A model generated the notes under the pieces. That model saw nothing but the letters and a program-made list of their open reading frames with translations, was not told where the DNA came from and made no database searches. The translations under genes were made by a program, and so were the position numbers. DNA of 56,243 nucleotides from assembly GCA_038222225.1 (NCBI GenBank), contig JBBRHV010000008.1, positions 1 through 56,243 on the forward strand, read 5' to 3'. This document shows, in pieces, positions 1-8,799 of this stretch (its first letter is position 1; every line of letters starts with the position of its first letter). Source of the stretch: Candidatus Omnitrophota bacterium (GTDB lineage: Bacteria; Omnitrophota; Gorgyraeia; Zapsychrales; JANLHA01).

Positions 1-1
1 C

Positions 2-475
2 CAGAACACAGTCCAGGAGACTTTTTTAGCTGCCCTGAAAGCCAAGGACTCCTTCTCCGGAAGATCAAGCGAACGGACTTGGTTGATCGGCATTTTAAAA
101 CATAAGGTTATTGATTATTTCCGCAAGAAATACCGCGAGACCCCGGTTTCCAACCTGCAATCCAATAACGATGATCAGATGACCCTGGATTCCTTCTTTG
201 ATCAGACTGAACATCCGCATAAATTTCCGTCTGATTGGACAGCGAATCCGCGGGAACTGGCCGGAAATCATGAATTTTGGAAGGTTTTAGAAGGCTGCAT
301 TGAGAAACTCCCTGAAACAACCGCGACGGCATTCAGCCTCAGAGAGATCGATAAGCTCTCCACCGATGAAATCTGTAATCTCCTTAAAATCACATCGACT
401 AACCTCTGGGTAATGCTTCACCGGGCTCGATTACAGCTCAGGGGATGTTTAGAAAAAAACTGGTTCGAAAGGTAG
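2..475 (+). CDS. ECF-type sigma-70 family RNA polymerase sigma factor (5' end lies outside the window)
   Basis: Frame 2 is open from nt 2. It encodes QETFLAALKAKDSF...TWLIGILKHKVIDYFRK (region 2-like) and LREIDKLSTDEICNLLKITSTNLWVMLHRARLQLR (region 4 HTH). The track start at 83 is an internal TTG. Confidence 0.85.
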   Translation, partial: QNTVQETFLAALKAKDSFSGRSSERTWLIGILKHKVIDYFRKKYRETPVSNLQSNNDDQMTLDSFFDQTEHPHKFPSDWTANPRELAGNHEFWKVLEGCIEKLPETTATAFSLREIDKLSTDEICNLLKITSTNLWVMLHRARLQLRGCLEKNWFER

Positions 476-488
476 AACAGCATAAAGA

Positions 489-767
489 ATGACTGAACAT
501 ACAGATAAGAAAATTTTTATTTCCTGCAAAATGGCCACCAAACTCATGTCGAAAAGTATGGAAGAACGTCTTTCCTTCTTTGAAAAGGCGCAACTCAAGG
601 CGCACCTTTTTATATGTAAAACATGCGTCTTTTGTTTCAAACAAATCAAAAGCGTCAGTCAAACCCTCAACCACTATATCGACGCTATCTGTAAAACCCC
701 TCCCGTCTCCGGCAAGACTCTTTCAGACAGCGCCAAAAACAAAATGAAACAAGCCCTCCTCAAATAA
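489..767 (+). CDS. Putative zf-HC2 anti-sigma factor
   Basis: 92 aa. It starts 14 nt after the sigma factor stop codon. It carries an H-x3-C-x2-C signature (HLFICKTC). Confidence 0.6.
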   Translation: MTEHTDKKIFISCKMATKLMSKSMEERLSFFEKAQLKAHLFICKTCVFCFKQIKSVSQTLNHYIDAICKTPPVSGKTLSDSAKNKMKQALLK

Positions 768-830
768 ATCTCCAAAAACCGATTTATCCGGACCGCTCTC
801 CACGCTTCATCTTTCGTGAGAAATGACAGA

Positions 831-1529
831 CTATGCTGAAATTGTTTTCCCGGTGAGCTTCTCATACTCTTCGATGGAATGGAACATGTGATCTCGTTCA
901 TCCAAGGCGATCCGCCGAAGCAGATCAGCAAGACTTTTCTGACGGGGATAGAATTCAAAATACTTGGATTCGACCGGCTCGTTATCCCACTCCGGATGAG
1001 CCTTGGCGAACTTCATATATTCGTGTTCGGCATGAGATTCGAAGGCCGCGTTCATATGAAATGACGTCGCGGGACTGAATAGAAAAATTAAATGACTCAA
1101 ACACAGATAAGTAAAAGCCATGATACGGGGCAGCAAATCATGCTGCAGCCATGAAAGCGGAATGCCTTTTTGATTGATCAGATCCTCGGCCAACAGCATA
1201 TGAAGTTCTTCATTGTCCTGGCTATACCGCCCCAGCCAAATGTAGTGCCGGCTGCGGTCCACTTGACTGCGGTCAGGCTCTGTTGTCCTGGCATAAAGTC
1301 CGGTCAAACCATGATAACCGCCTTTTTCCCAGGCCCAGTAGGGATAGCGGGCCAGGATCTCCAGGACTTTCACTTTCGGCAAGCTCACTTCTTTGCCATA
1401 AAGAACATCCATGGTCCAATACATTCCCTTTAAGATAAAATTCGATCTCAAACAGGGACTGGCCAATGTCTTTTCCTGCTCAGCCTTAAGATCAAGTTCC
1501 TTACCCGTTGTGTACTCATACTTAGACAT
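831..1529 (-). CDS. Alternative oxidase (AOX)-like di-iron carboxylate protein
   Basis: Four AOX-type ligand motifs occur in order: VLEILARYPY, DNEELHML (E-x-x-H), FESHAEHEY, LDERDHMFH (E-x-x-H). I chose the start at MSKYEY (ATG at 1527-1529, preceded by AGGGGTGA) because the longer ORF overlaps the upstream gene. Confidence 0.6.
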   Translation of the reverse strand: MSKYEYTTGKELDLKAEQEKTLASPCLRSNFILKGMYWTMDVLYGKEVSLPKVKVLEILARYPYWAWEKGGYHGLTGLYARTTEPDRSQVDRSRHYIWLGRYSQDNEELHMLLAEDLINQKGIPLSWLQHDLLPRIMAFTYLCLSHLIFLFSPATSFHMNAAFESHAEHEYMKFAKAHPEWDNEPVESKYFEFYPRQKSLADLLRRIALDERDHMFHSIEEYEKLTGKTISA

Positions 1530-1551
1530 CGTATCACCCCTGGTTAACGAT

Positions 1552-1920
1552 TCAATCTTCATCAAGCAGCTGCAAAAGACACTCAAAATCAATCGGTTTA
1601 CTGATAGCAGGATACTCGTGGCCTGCGACTAAAATTTCGTCAACGCATCCTTCCTGCCGGGAAACAATGCCTGATAAAAAGATCACTCTGGTATTCTTAA
1701 ATTTCTCCTGACCCTTCAAAACTGCGATCGCCTCCGGGCCATCCATGTCCGGCAGCATGATATCCATGATGACCGCATCCACGCTATACGCAATCGCCCT
1801 ATCGATCGCCTGCCGGCCGGTTTGGGCCTGAACAACCTTATAGCCGGCGGATATCAAAAGCTCTTTCAAAAGCTTTAACGTCACGGCATCATCATCAACG
1901 ATTAAAACAGTTTTGATCAA
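1552..1920 (-). CDS. Single-domain response regulator (CheY-like receiver)
   Basis: 122 aa with VLIVDDD...VIMDIMLPDMDG...K, the pattern typical of REC domains. No output domain is present. Confidence 0.85.
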   Translation of the reverse strand: MIKTVLIVDDDAVTLKLLKELLISAGYKVVQAQTGRQAIDRAIAYSVDAVIMDIMLPDMDGPEAIAVLKGQEKFKNTRVIFLSGIVSRQEGCVDEILVAGHEYPAISKPIDFECLLQLLDED

Positions 1921-1949
1921 AGCACTGTCCTCGGATTATAAACGAAAAA

Positions 1950-3653
1950 TCATAGGCCGTGAGGCACTGGTTTTTCAGGTTTCGACCTGGTTTCTGCCTT
2001 ATATTTACGCCATTGCATCTCGCCGATAATGCTTTGAGAGATATTCGTGAGGTGATCAGCAATTTTTTCAAGATTATCAATAAAATCCAAAAAGACAAAA
2101 TTCGCCTTCAACGAACACAGTCCCTGATTCAACCGTTCGATGTGGGTTTCTTTCAACCGGATCTGCATGGCATTCATCCGGTCTTCACGTTCAAGAAGCT
2201 TTTCTGCCATTTTACGGTCAACTTTCACGAACGCGTCTTTTATTTCCACAAACATATCCTTCAATTCCTGCCACATGACTTTCAACTCCTCGATGGCCGG
2301 CTCTGAAAAGAGAATGGCATTATCGATACGCAACTGAGCAATTTCCGTAATATTCTTGGCGTGATCTCCCATACGCTCAATATCATTGACATTGTGAAGA
2401 AGGACCGGGATCTCCTGCGAATCCTCAGCAGAAATTTCTCTTTGAGAAAGGTCAATGACATATTGAGTGATCTCTGACTGCAAATGATCAGTGGCCCGTT
2501 CATATTTTAATGCTTTCTGAACCAACGCATCATCTTTATCTAAAAAACCCTGCACGGCTGTATTGACCGCCTTCTCTGCCACCCCCAGCATATACAATGT
2601 CTCATTACGGACCTGCTGCATAGCCACCGGAGGCGTGTCTAATAAATGTTCTTCCAGATATTTAACCCCTAATTCATCGCGCCCTTTCCGGTGAGGAACC
2701 AGCCAGATAGAAATCTTCTCAATAACCCCGATGAACGGTAAAAAGACCATTGCGTTGACAACATTAAAGACCGAGTGAGCAACCGCGATATGAAACATAA
2801 TATTTTTTAATGTGATCTTACCCGGAATGATAAAATCAACAAACCGTTCATACCATCCGAGATACACAAAAATAATCATGTACGACACGCCGATCACATT
2901 GAACATCGTATGCGCCATGGCAGCCCGGCGGGCGTTCAAATTTGTCCCCAGCGCCGCCAGTTGAGCGGTGACGGTGGTACCGATATTGTCTCCCAAGATC
3001 AGCGGGATCGCCGCGGAAAAACCGATGATTCCGTTAAAAGCCAGAACCTGAACGATCGCGATGGTCGCCGATGAACTTTGCAAAATGACCGTAAAGACCA
3101 TCCCGGCCAAAACACCCATAATAGGATTCTTCGCGAAAAATACAAAAAGATCCTTTAGCTGCTGCGTATCTCTCAACGGATCAAAAGCATCCTTCATCAA
3201 ACCCAGCCCGATAAACAGCATGCCGAATCCCAGTAAAACTTCTCCCCAAAACTTCACCTTGCGGGACCATCCAAAAGTCATGATCACAAACCCGATCCCG
3301 ATCGCCGGTAACGCGTATTGGGTGACCTTAAACACCGCCATGGACGAAACAAGCCAGGCGGTCATTGTTGTGCCGATATTAGCCCCGAAAATGACGCTGA
3401 TCGCCTGACTTAAGGTAAGCAGGCCCGCATTAACGAACCCAACAACCATGACGGTTGTGGCACTGGAAGACTGGATCAGGCAGGTCACAAGCATTCCGAT
3501 CAAAAGACCGACAATCGGCACTTTGGTGACCATATGAAGAAAGGATTTTAAGCGTTCGCCAGCAACTTTTTTAAGGCCTTCGGACATGGTTTTCATACCG
3601 TAAAAGAAAAATCCCAGGCCTCCGAGCATCAAAAAATAAAAGTTGCCTTCCAT
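1950..3653 (-). CDS. Na/Pi cotransporter family protein with C-terminal PhoU-like repeats
   Basis: 567 aa. It has duplicated QSSSATT / QSSSATI membrane repeats and a helical C-terminal half containing D-x-x-E-R-x-x-D-H (NDIERMGDHAKN, NLEKIADHLTN). Confidence 0.85.
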   Translation of the reverse strand: MEGNFYFLMLGGLGFFFYGMKTMSEGLKKVAGERLKSFLHMVTKVPIVGLLIGMLVTCLIQSSSATTVMVVGFVNAGLLTLSQAISVIFGANIGTTMTAWLVSSMAVFKVTQYALPAIGIGFVIMTFGWSRKVKFWGEVLLGFGMLFIGLGLMKDAFDPLRDTQQLKDLFVFFAKNPIMGVLAGMVFTVILQSSSATIAIVQVLAFNGIIGFSAAIPLILGDNIGTTVTAQLAALGTNLNARRAAMAHTMFNVIGVSYMIIFVYLGWYERFVDFIIPGKITLKNIMFHIAVAHSVFNVVNAMVFLPFIGVIEKISIWLVPHRKGRDELGVKYLEEHLLDTPPVAMQQVRNETLYMLGVAEKAVNTAVQGFLDKDDALVQKALKYERATDHLQSEITQYVIDLSQREISAEDSQEIPVLLHNVNDIERMGDHAKNITEIAQLRIDNAILFSEPAIEELKVMWQELKDMFVEIKDAFVKVDRKMAEKLLEREDRMNAMQIRLKETHIERLNQGLCSLKANFVFLDFIDNLEKIADHLTNISQSIIGEMQWRKYKAETRSKPEKPVPHGL

Positions 3654-3779
3654 GAAAACCCTTTCGTTGAAATTCCAACTGTTCTAGTTTATGTCTTAGA
3701 AAACAGCCCTATAATAACAAATATTAAAAAAAGGGCAAGTTTTTTGTTCTGGGAACGGCAGCTTCAACGCGAAAAATTC

Positions 3780-4142
3780 CTATGAAGCCAACTTTGACCT
3801 GCGAATCATCTCCTGCGCCACGAAAAGGACAAATTTTCTCTGTTCTTCTTCAGCCCGATCATCAATCTGCAAACCAACCAAGTACTCCGAACCGCCTATT
3901 TCAAAAGACTCTTTGACCCAGCGGACCACGGCCGGCAGACGAACGCGTTGTCCTTTAGCAATACCGACCAACAGAGTCAACTCTTGGCCGGCCTTTAAAT
4001 ATTCCCGCGTTAAAAAACTCAATCCCGTCGCACTGATATTTAAAGTGCTCGTAATCACTTGATTTTTTTGAGTACCGCGAATATCAAAGGAAACCGGCAA
4101 ATCAATATCTAAACGAATACATCGGCGTTTCTCTTGGCCCAC
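3780..4142 (-). CDS. PilZ domain protein
   Basis: 120 aa with RRCIRL (RxxxR-like) followed by LNISATGLSF (D/N-x-S-x-x-G), the c-di-GMP binding signature. Confidence 0.7.
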   Translation of the reverse strand: MGQEKRRCIRLDIDLPVSFDIRGTQKNQVITSTLNISATGLSFLTREYLKAGQELTLLVGIAKGQRVRLPAVVRWVKESFEIGGSEYLVGLQIDDRAEEEQRKFVLFVAQEMIRRSKLAS

Positions 4143-4162
4143 CTATGTTCTCCTTTCGTATA

Positions 4163-5434
4163 TCATTCCGCCCTATTCAAACCGTCCTGTATCGCACTCT
4201 GCCCAGCCAAATATCCGCTTGAAAACGCGGCCTGCAAATTAAAACCGCCTGTATCCCCGTCAATATCCAGGATCTCTCCTGCAAAAAACAACCCTTTAAT
4301 CAGTAACGAAGCCATCGTTTTAGGATTGACCTCTTTTAGAGAAACGCCCCCCTGGGTCACCATCGCCGTGTTGAGCGGAGCGGTCCTCATGACATCAAAA
4401 GAAATTTTCTTAAAAAACGCGACACACCGTTGCCGCTCTGTCTGCGTGATCTGATTGGCCCGTTTATCCAAGTCCAGACCCGCAAGGTTCAAAAACACAT
4501 CCACCATACGCTGAGGCAAAAAATCCTTCAACACGGTTTTAATGCTGCGGCGCGGAAACGCATGAAACTCTTTTAATAGCCGTTTGTCCACCTGGCCTAA
4601 GTCCATCCCGGGTTTAAGATCAATCGTCGCTGTCACCTTTAAACCGTCCCTTAGCCAGTCGGCCACCTGATTGCTGGCGCTGATCACCAACGGCCCGGAA
4701 ATTCCACTATGCGTAAATAACAGCTCCCCCACCTCCGTCTGAATGATGCTCTTGCCGTTCGAAAATTCAAGGGCAATATTTTTCAGCGTCAGTCCTTCCA
4801 GCAACTTGGGGAAATGCTCCCGTGTTTCCAGCGCCACGAGTCCCGGCCGCAAAGCCACCACATGGTGGCCTAAACGCTTGGCGATCTCCAATCCGTCTCC
4901 CGTGGAGCCGGTCTCTTTATACGTCACACCGCCGGTTGCCAAAATCACCTGGGAAGTTTTAAACACTCGCCCGTCCACCGTTTTTACGCCAAAAACTTCC
5001 TGGTTCTCGACCTGAATATCAGCCACCGGACAATCGTAGATCACATGAACGCTGCAGCGGGCTAACACGTTCTTTAAGACGCTCACCACACTGCTGGCGC
5101 GGTCGGTTTCCGGAAAAACACGTTTCTGCCGTTCCGTCTTCATTTTCAGACCGGCATCCTCAAAAAACTCCATCAGATCATCATTGAAAAAAAACTTAAA
5201 GGCGTCTCTTAAAAAATTTCCGTTTTTCGAAAATCTTTTTAAGAAATCGGGCAGCGAGCAGGCATTGGTCACATTACAACGTCCTTTCCCCGTCAGAAGA
5301 AGCTTGCGCCCTAACTGAAAATTCTTCTCTAAAAGCAGAACCCGGGCCCCCAATTCACCGGCTCGAATGGCCGCCATGATCCCCGCCGGTCCGCCTCCCA
5401 CAACTATCAGATCACATCCGTTCATCACTGACAA
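4163..5434 (-). CDS. HI0933/YhiN/BaiN-family NAD(P)/FAD-dependent flavoprotein
   Basis: 423 aa. The N-terminus has DLIVVGGGPAGIMAA (GxGxxG), followed by GKGRCNVTN. The C-terminus has GLFFAGEILDIDGDTGGFNLQAAFSSG. Confidence 0.85.
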   Translation of the reverse strand: MSVMNGCDLIVVGGGPAGIMAAIRAGELGARVLLLEKNFQLGRKLLLTGKGRCNVTNACSLPDFLKRFSKNGNFLRDAFKFFFNDDLMEFFEDAGLKMKTERQKRVFPETDRASSVVSVLKNVLARCSVHVIYDCPVADIQVENQEVFGVKTVDGRVFKTSQVILATGGVTYKETGSTGDGLEIAKRLGHHVVALRPGLVALETREHFPKLLEGLTLKNIALEFSNGKSIIQTEVGELLFTHSGISGPLVISASNQVADWLRDGLKVTATIDLKPGMDLGQVDKRLLKEFHAFPRRSIKTVLKDFLPQRMVDVFLNLAGLDLDKRANQITQTERQRCVAFFKKISFDVMRTAPLNTAMVTQGGVSLKEVNPKTMASLLIKGLFFAGEILDIDGDTGGFNLQAAFSSGYLAGQSAIQDGLNRAE

Positions 5435-5617
5435 AACACCGCCGCGGGCCGTGTTTCTGATTTCTCCTTAAATGAGCGCATCATTTATGGAATAGCATGA
5501 ACATAAATGATCAGCGCGAATTTATCCCGAATCCCAACGTTTTGCTCTACAAAACAATACTGCTCCTACTCCTGATCCTTCGGACCGGGGACTATCATAT
5601 TTTTCAACAGAGCTTCA

Positions 5618-6055
5618 TCAAGCCAAACAATCCTTCACGAAAATCCCGATCTGAGCACTCGCCGCTAAAGCCTCCTCCACAAAAACGTCAGCCTTCACGG
5701 TTCCCCTTCGATCTGCCCATTGAACCGGTGTGATTTCAACACGAATCCGGTCGCCGGGAATCACCGGGCCTAAGAATTTCGCCTCCACTGTTTCCAAGGA
5801 ATACACAGCCTTGCGGTCCAGCTTCTGCGAATAATAAAAATAGAGATACGCCGCCTGCGTCATGGCCTCAACCAGCAGCACGCCGGGCATAACTTTTTGA
5901 TCGGGAAAATGTCCGATAAAGTGCGGTTCATTCACAGAAACATTCTTCATAGCCGTCAACTTAACACCCGGCTTGACTTCGACCACCTTATCGATCATCA
6001 AAAAAGGAATCCGCTGAGGTAAAATCGTTTTGATCTGATGAATGTCGGCTTCCAT
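5618..6055 (-). CDS. fabZ: 3-hydroxyacyl-ACP dehydratase
   Basis: 145 aa with LPQRIPFLMIDKV and HFIGHFPDQKVMPGVLLVEAMTQ, the hot-dog active-site region. Confidence 0.9.
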   Translation of the reverse strand: MEADIHQIKTILPQRIPFLMIDKVVEVKPGVKLTAMKNVSVNEPHFIGHFPDQKVMPGVLLVEAMTQAAYLYFYYSQKLDRKAVYSLETVEAKFLGPVIPGDRIRVEITPVQWADRRGTVKADVFVEEALAASAQIGIFVKDCLA

Positions 6056-6103
6056 AAACCCCTTAGATAATTTTAAATTTTAGCCATCGTCCTGTGTTTT
6101 TTC

Positions 6104-6865
6104 TCATCGGATCGCCAGCCCTCCATCCACCTGAATGATCTGCCCTAAAATATAGGCAGAGGCGTCACTGAGCAGAAACTTCACCGCGCCGGTCACATCA
6201 TTCACGCTGCCGATGCGACCTAAAGGAACGGTCTTTAAAACTGCCGCGCGCGTTTTCTCATCGAAGCCTTCCAGCATATCGGTTTCAACAAAACCCGGCG
6301 CGACCGCGTTGACCCGCACACCATAGGGAGCGCACTCTTTGGCCAGGGCCTTGGTGAAAGCATTCATCCCGCCTTTGGAGGCCGAATAATTGGTTTGGCC
6401 GGCCAGCCCGATCGCTCCGCTGATCGAAGAAATATTAATGATGTGGCCTTTGCGCTGTTTTAATAAATGAAAAATACTGGCCCGGCTCACATGAAACATT
6501 CCGTTCAAGTTGGTGTTGATAACGGCGTGCCAATCTTCCGGCGGCATCATCAGCAAATTTTTATCCCGGATGATCCCGGCATTGTTGATCACAATATCCA
6601 ATCCGCCCAGCTGCAGCCGCGTCCCGTCAACCCAAGCCTTCACCGCGTCAAAATCACAGACATCCACCTGAGAGGCCGCGCACTGGACCCCCAGTGCTTC
6701 CACCTCTTTCACCAGCTCCTCTGCCTTGGCCCGGTTGTGCAGATAATTAAAAGCCACCTGGCAGCCTTCCGACGCCAGCATCAGCACAATCGCCCGGCCG
6801 ATTCCGCGTGACCCGCCGGTCACAACCGCAACTTTGTTCTGAAACAATCCCATCAGCCTTCCCAC
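6104..6865 (-). CDS. fabG: 3-oxoacyl-ACP reductase (SDR)
   Basis: VAVVTGGSRGIGRAI, NNAG, and the S...YSASK catalytic motif. The start could instead be the ATG at 6851-6853, which overlaps the upstream stop as TGATG. Confidence 0.88.
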   Translation of the reverse strand: MGRLMGLFQNKVAVVTGGSRGIGRAIVLMLASEGCQVAFNYLHNRAKAEELVKEVEALGVQCAASQVDVCDFDAVKAWVDGTRLQLGGLDIVINNAGIIRDKNLLMMPPEDWHAVINTNLNGMFHVSRASIFHLLKQRKGHIINISSISGAIGLAGQTNYSASKGGMNAFTKALAKECAPYGVRVNAVAPGFVETDMLEGFDEKTRAAVLKTVPLGRIGSVNDVTGAVKFLLSDASAYILGQIIQVDGGLAIR

Positions 6866-8097
6866 TTTCGTAAAATAAGACAGGTGTTCGCCCCGGATGG
6901 CGAAAAATTCATGATCATCGCGTTCTTAATGTCGGCCTTCACCGACTGATTGGCAATAATGTTGAGATCGCACTCCGGGTCCGGGACCTTGTAGTTGATC
7001 GTCGGAGGAATAAACCCGCGTTCCATCGACCCCAGCGCCGCCCCCACCGCCATCGCCCCGGAGACGCTGTAGGTTTCCCCGATCATGGATTTGATCGCCG
7101 TCACCGGAACGGTCTTGGCCGCTGCCCCGAAGACTTCCTTGATCGCGAAGGCTTCGATGCGGTCCGCCGCCTGAGTGGAATTGGCGTTGGCAAAGATCAC
7201 ATCGATATCGCCCGGCGCCATTCCGGCTTCATCCAACGCTCTACGGATGGAACTCTTCATGCCGGTTGCGCGCGGATTAAATTTGTGAAGGCGGAACGGA
7301 TCAAACTCATAGCCGAAGGCGACGATCTCCGCCATGATCTTCGCTTCTCTTTTTTGAGCGAACTCCAGGTCTTCCATTCCGACCAGCAGCGCCCCTTCGC
7401 CGAACACGATCCCGTTGCGCCGCTTATCGAACGGGCAGTTGACAAATTCTTCACCCGGTTTGGAGCCGGATAAATATTTCAGCGTGTGAAATCCGAAAAA
7501 CGTGTGCCAGCCCATTTCCTCGACCCCGCCGCCGAACACCACTTTGACGCGATCCAAATCAATAAAATCATAGCCGTACTGCATGGCATCGATGCTGGTC
7601 GTGAAGCCGTTGGAAAGCGTTGAATTAAAACCCTGAATGTTGAACCAGATCGAGATGTGGCTGGCCGCCGCATTGATCACCGTATTGGGAAATAAGGCGG
7701 GATTGACATAGCGCGGACCTTCCCGCAGGGTCACCTCATCAAAATCCGCGATGCTTTTCAGGCTGCCCAGCGTGGTCCCGACCGAGACGCCGAAATCATC
7801 GGTCTGCTCCTCGGAAATCTTCTCGCCGTAGCCGGCATCTTCCATCAGAAGCTTAGCCGCGCAGACCACCAGACGGGTGGTCCGGTCCATGTTGCGCAAA
7901 CCTTTTTTCCCCAGGTATTGAGTGGCATCAAAATCCGGAACTTCTCCGCCGATATTCGTGTTGAATTCCGAGGCGTCAAACAGCTTGACCGGCCCATAGC
8001 CCGGCCGGCCTTCCTGCAAAGCATCCCAGTAGTCCTCTTTGCCCTTGGCATTGGGGGCCAGGACACCTAAACCTGTGATCACGATTTTTTTAGACAT
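6853..8097 (-). CDS. Beta-ketoacyl-ACP synthase (KAS I/II)-like protein lacking the Cys-His-His triad
   Basis: 414 aa with a thiolase-fold KAS layout (MSKKIVITGLGV..., PPTINY, C-terminal FSPSGANTCLIL). The three catalytic positions read F165, N304 and E341 (see finding). Confidence 0.8.
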   Translation of the reverse strand: MSKKIVITGLGVLAPNAKGKEDYWDALQEGRPGYGPVKLFDASEFNTNIGGEVPDFDATQYLGKKGLRNMDRTTRLVVCAAKLLMEDAGYGEKISEEQTDDFGVSVGTTLGSLKSIADFDEVTLREGPRYVNPALFPNTVINAAASHISIWFNIQGFNSTLSNGFTTSIDAMQYGYDFIDLDRVKVVFGGGVEEMGWHTFFGFHTLKYLSGSKPGEEFVNCPFDKRRNGIVFGEGALLVGMEDLEFAQKREAKIMAEIVAFGYEFDPFRLHKFNPRATGMKSSIRRALDEAGMAPGDIDVIFANANSTQAADRIEAFAIKEVFGAAAKTVPVTAIKSMIGETYSVSGAMAVGAALGSMERGFIPPTINYKVPDPECDLNIIANQSVKADIKNAMIMNFSPSGANTCLILRKWEG

Positions 8098-8103
8098 GAC
8101 GGT

Positions 8104-8112
8104 ATTATAACA
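8104..8112 (-). promoter_or_regulatory. Candidate extended -10 promoter element (TGTTATAAT) directly upstream of the KAS-like gene
   Basis: The minus strand reads ...TGTTATAATaccgtcATG. The -10 hexamer ends 6 nt before the ATG. No Shine-Dalgarno sequence is visible. Confidence 0.3.
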
Positions 8113-8181
8113 TAAGGCGCACGGCGTGAAAGCCCAAAAGTCAACTCTTTAAGCCCGGCTTTTTAGAGTTCACTCTTCTTT

Positions 8182-8781
8182 TTAATCTCCGACTTCCCGT
8201 GCGTGAAGAATATATTTGGCGAGCATGTCGGTCTCGATGTTCAGCTTTTGACCGATCTTTTTCTTTCCGAACGTGGTGACATCCAGCGTGTGCGGGATCA
8301 GATAAATCGAGAAGGTGTTGGTGTTCTTTTTAACCCACCCGATGGTCAGGCTCACGCCGTCCACGGCCACCGAAGCTTTGGGCGCGATGTATTTCAGCAT
8401 CTTGCGGTCGACCTGGATCTGCCATTCCACATAGTTTTCCATGGTGACCTTTTTCTTGAAGGTTCCCATGCCGTCCACATGGCCGGAGACAAAATGCCCG
8501 CCGAGCCGCGCGTTGACTTTGAGCGCGCGCTCGAGATTCACCTCGCTGCCGGTCTCGGCAAACCCCAGGGTGGTGGCATCCAGCGTTTCTTTCATCAGAT
8601 CAAAGGTCAGAACCTTGCCGCGGATCTTCACCACCGTCAGGCACACCCCGTTAATGGCAACACTGTCCCCGATCTTCACGCCCCGGACCACCCGATCCCC
8701 TTGGACATCCATGGTGATCAGATTTTTCAGGCGCTTAATATTCTTAACCGTTCCTTTTTCTTCCACAATGCCGGAAAACAT
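8182..8781 (-). CDS. ribE: Riboflavin synthase
   Basis: 199 aa with an MFSGIVEEKGTV N-terminus and two lumazine-binding repeats (GDSVAINGVCLTV, ASVAVDGVSLTI). Confidence 0.92.
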   Translation of the reverse strand: MFSGIVEEKGTVKNIKRLKNLITMDVQGDRVVRGVKIGDSVAINGVCLTVVKIRGKVLTFDLMKETLDATTLGFAETGSEVNLERALKVNARLGGHFVSGHVDGMGTFKKKVTMENYVEWQIQVDRKMLKYIAPKASVAVDGVSLTIGWVKKNTNTFSIYLIPHTLDVTTFGKKKIGQKLNIETDMLAKYILHAREVGD

Positions 8782-8799
8782 AGCGAACTCCTTTTTCTT

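Noticed and set aside
5497-5733. 78-aa plus-strand ORF in the fabZ / flavoprotein gap.
   Set aside because: Its 3' part overlaps the fabZ C-terminus in antisense. It has no RBS and no recognisable motif.
8104-8146. A TTGACT hexamer upstream of the TATAAT before the KAS-like gene, considered as a canonical -35/-10 pair.
   Set aside because: The spacer is 29 nt, far from the 16-18 nt optimum. Only the extended -10 element (TGTTATAAT) is retained as a candidate.
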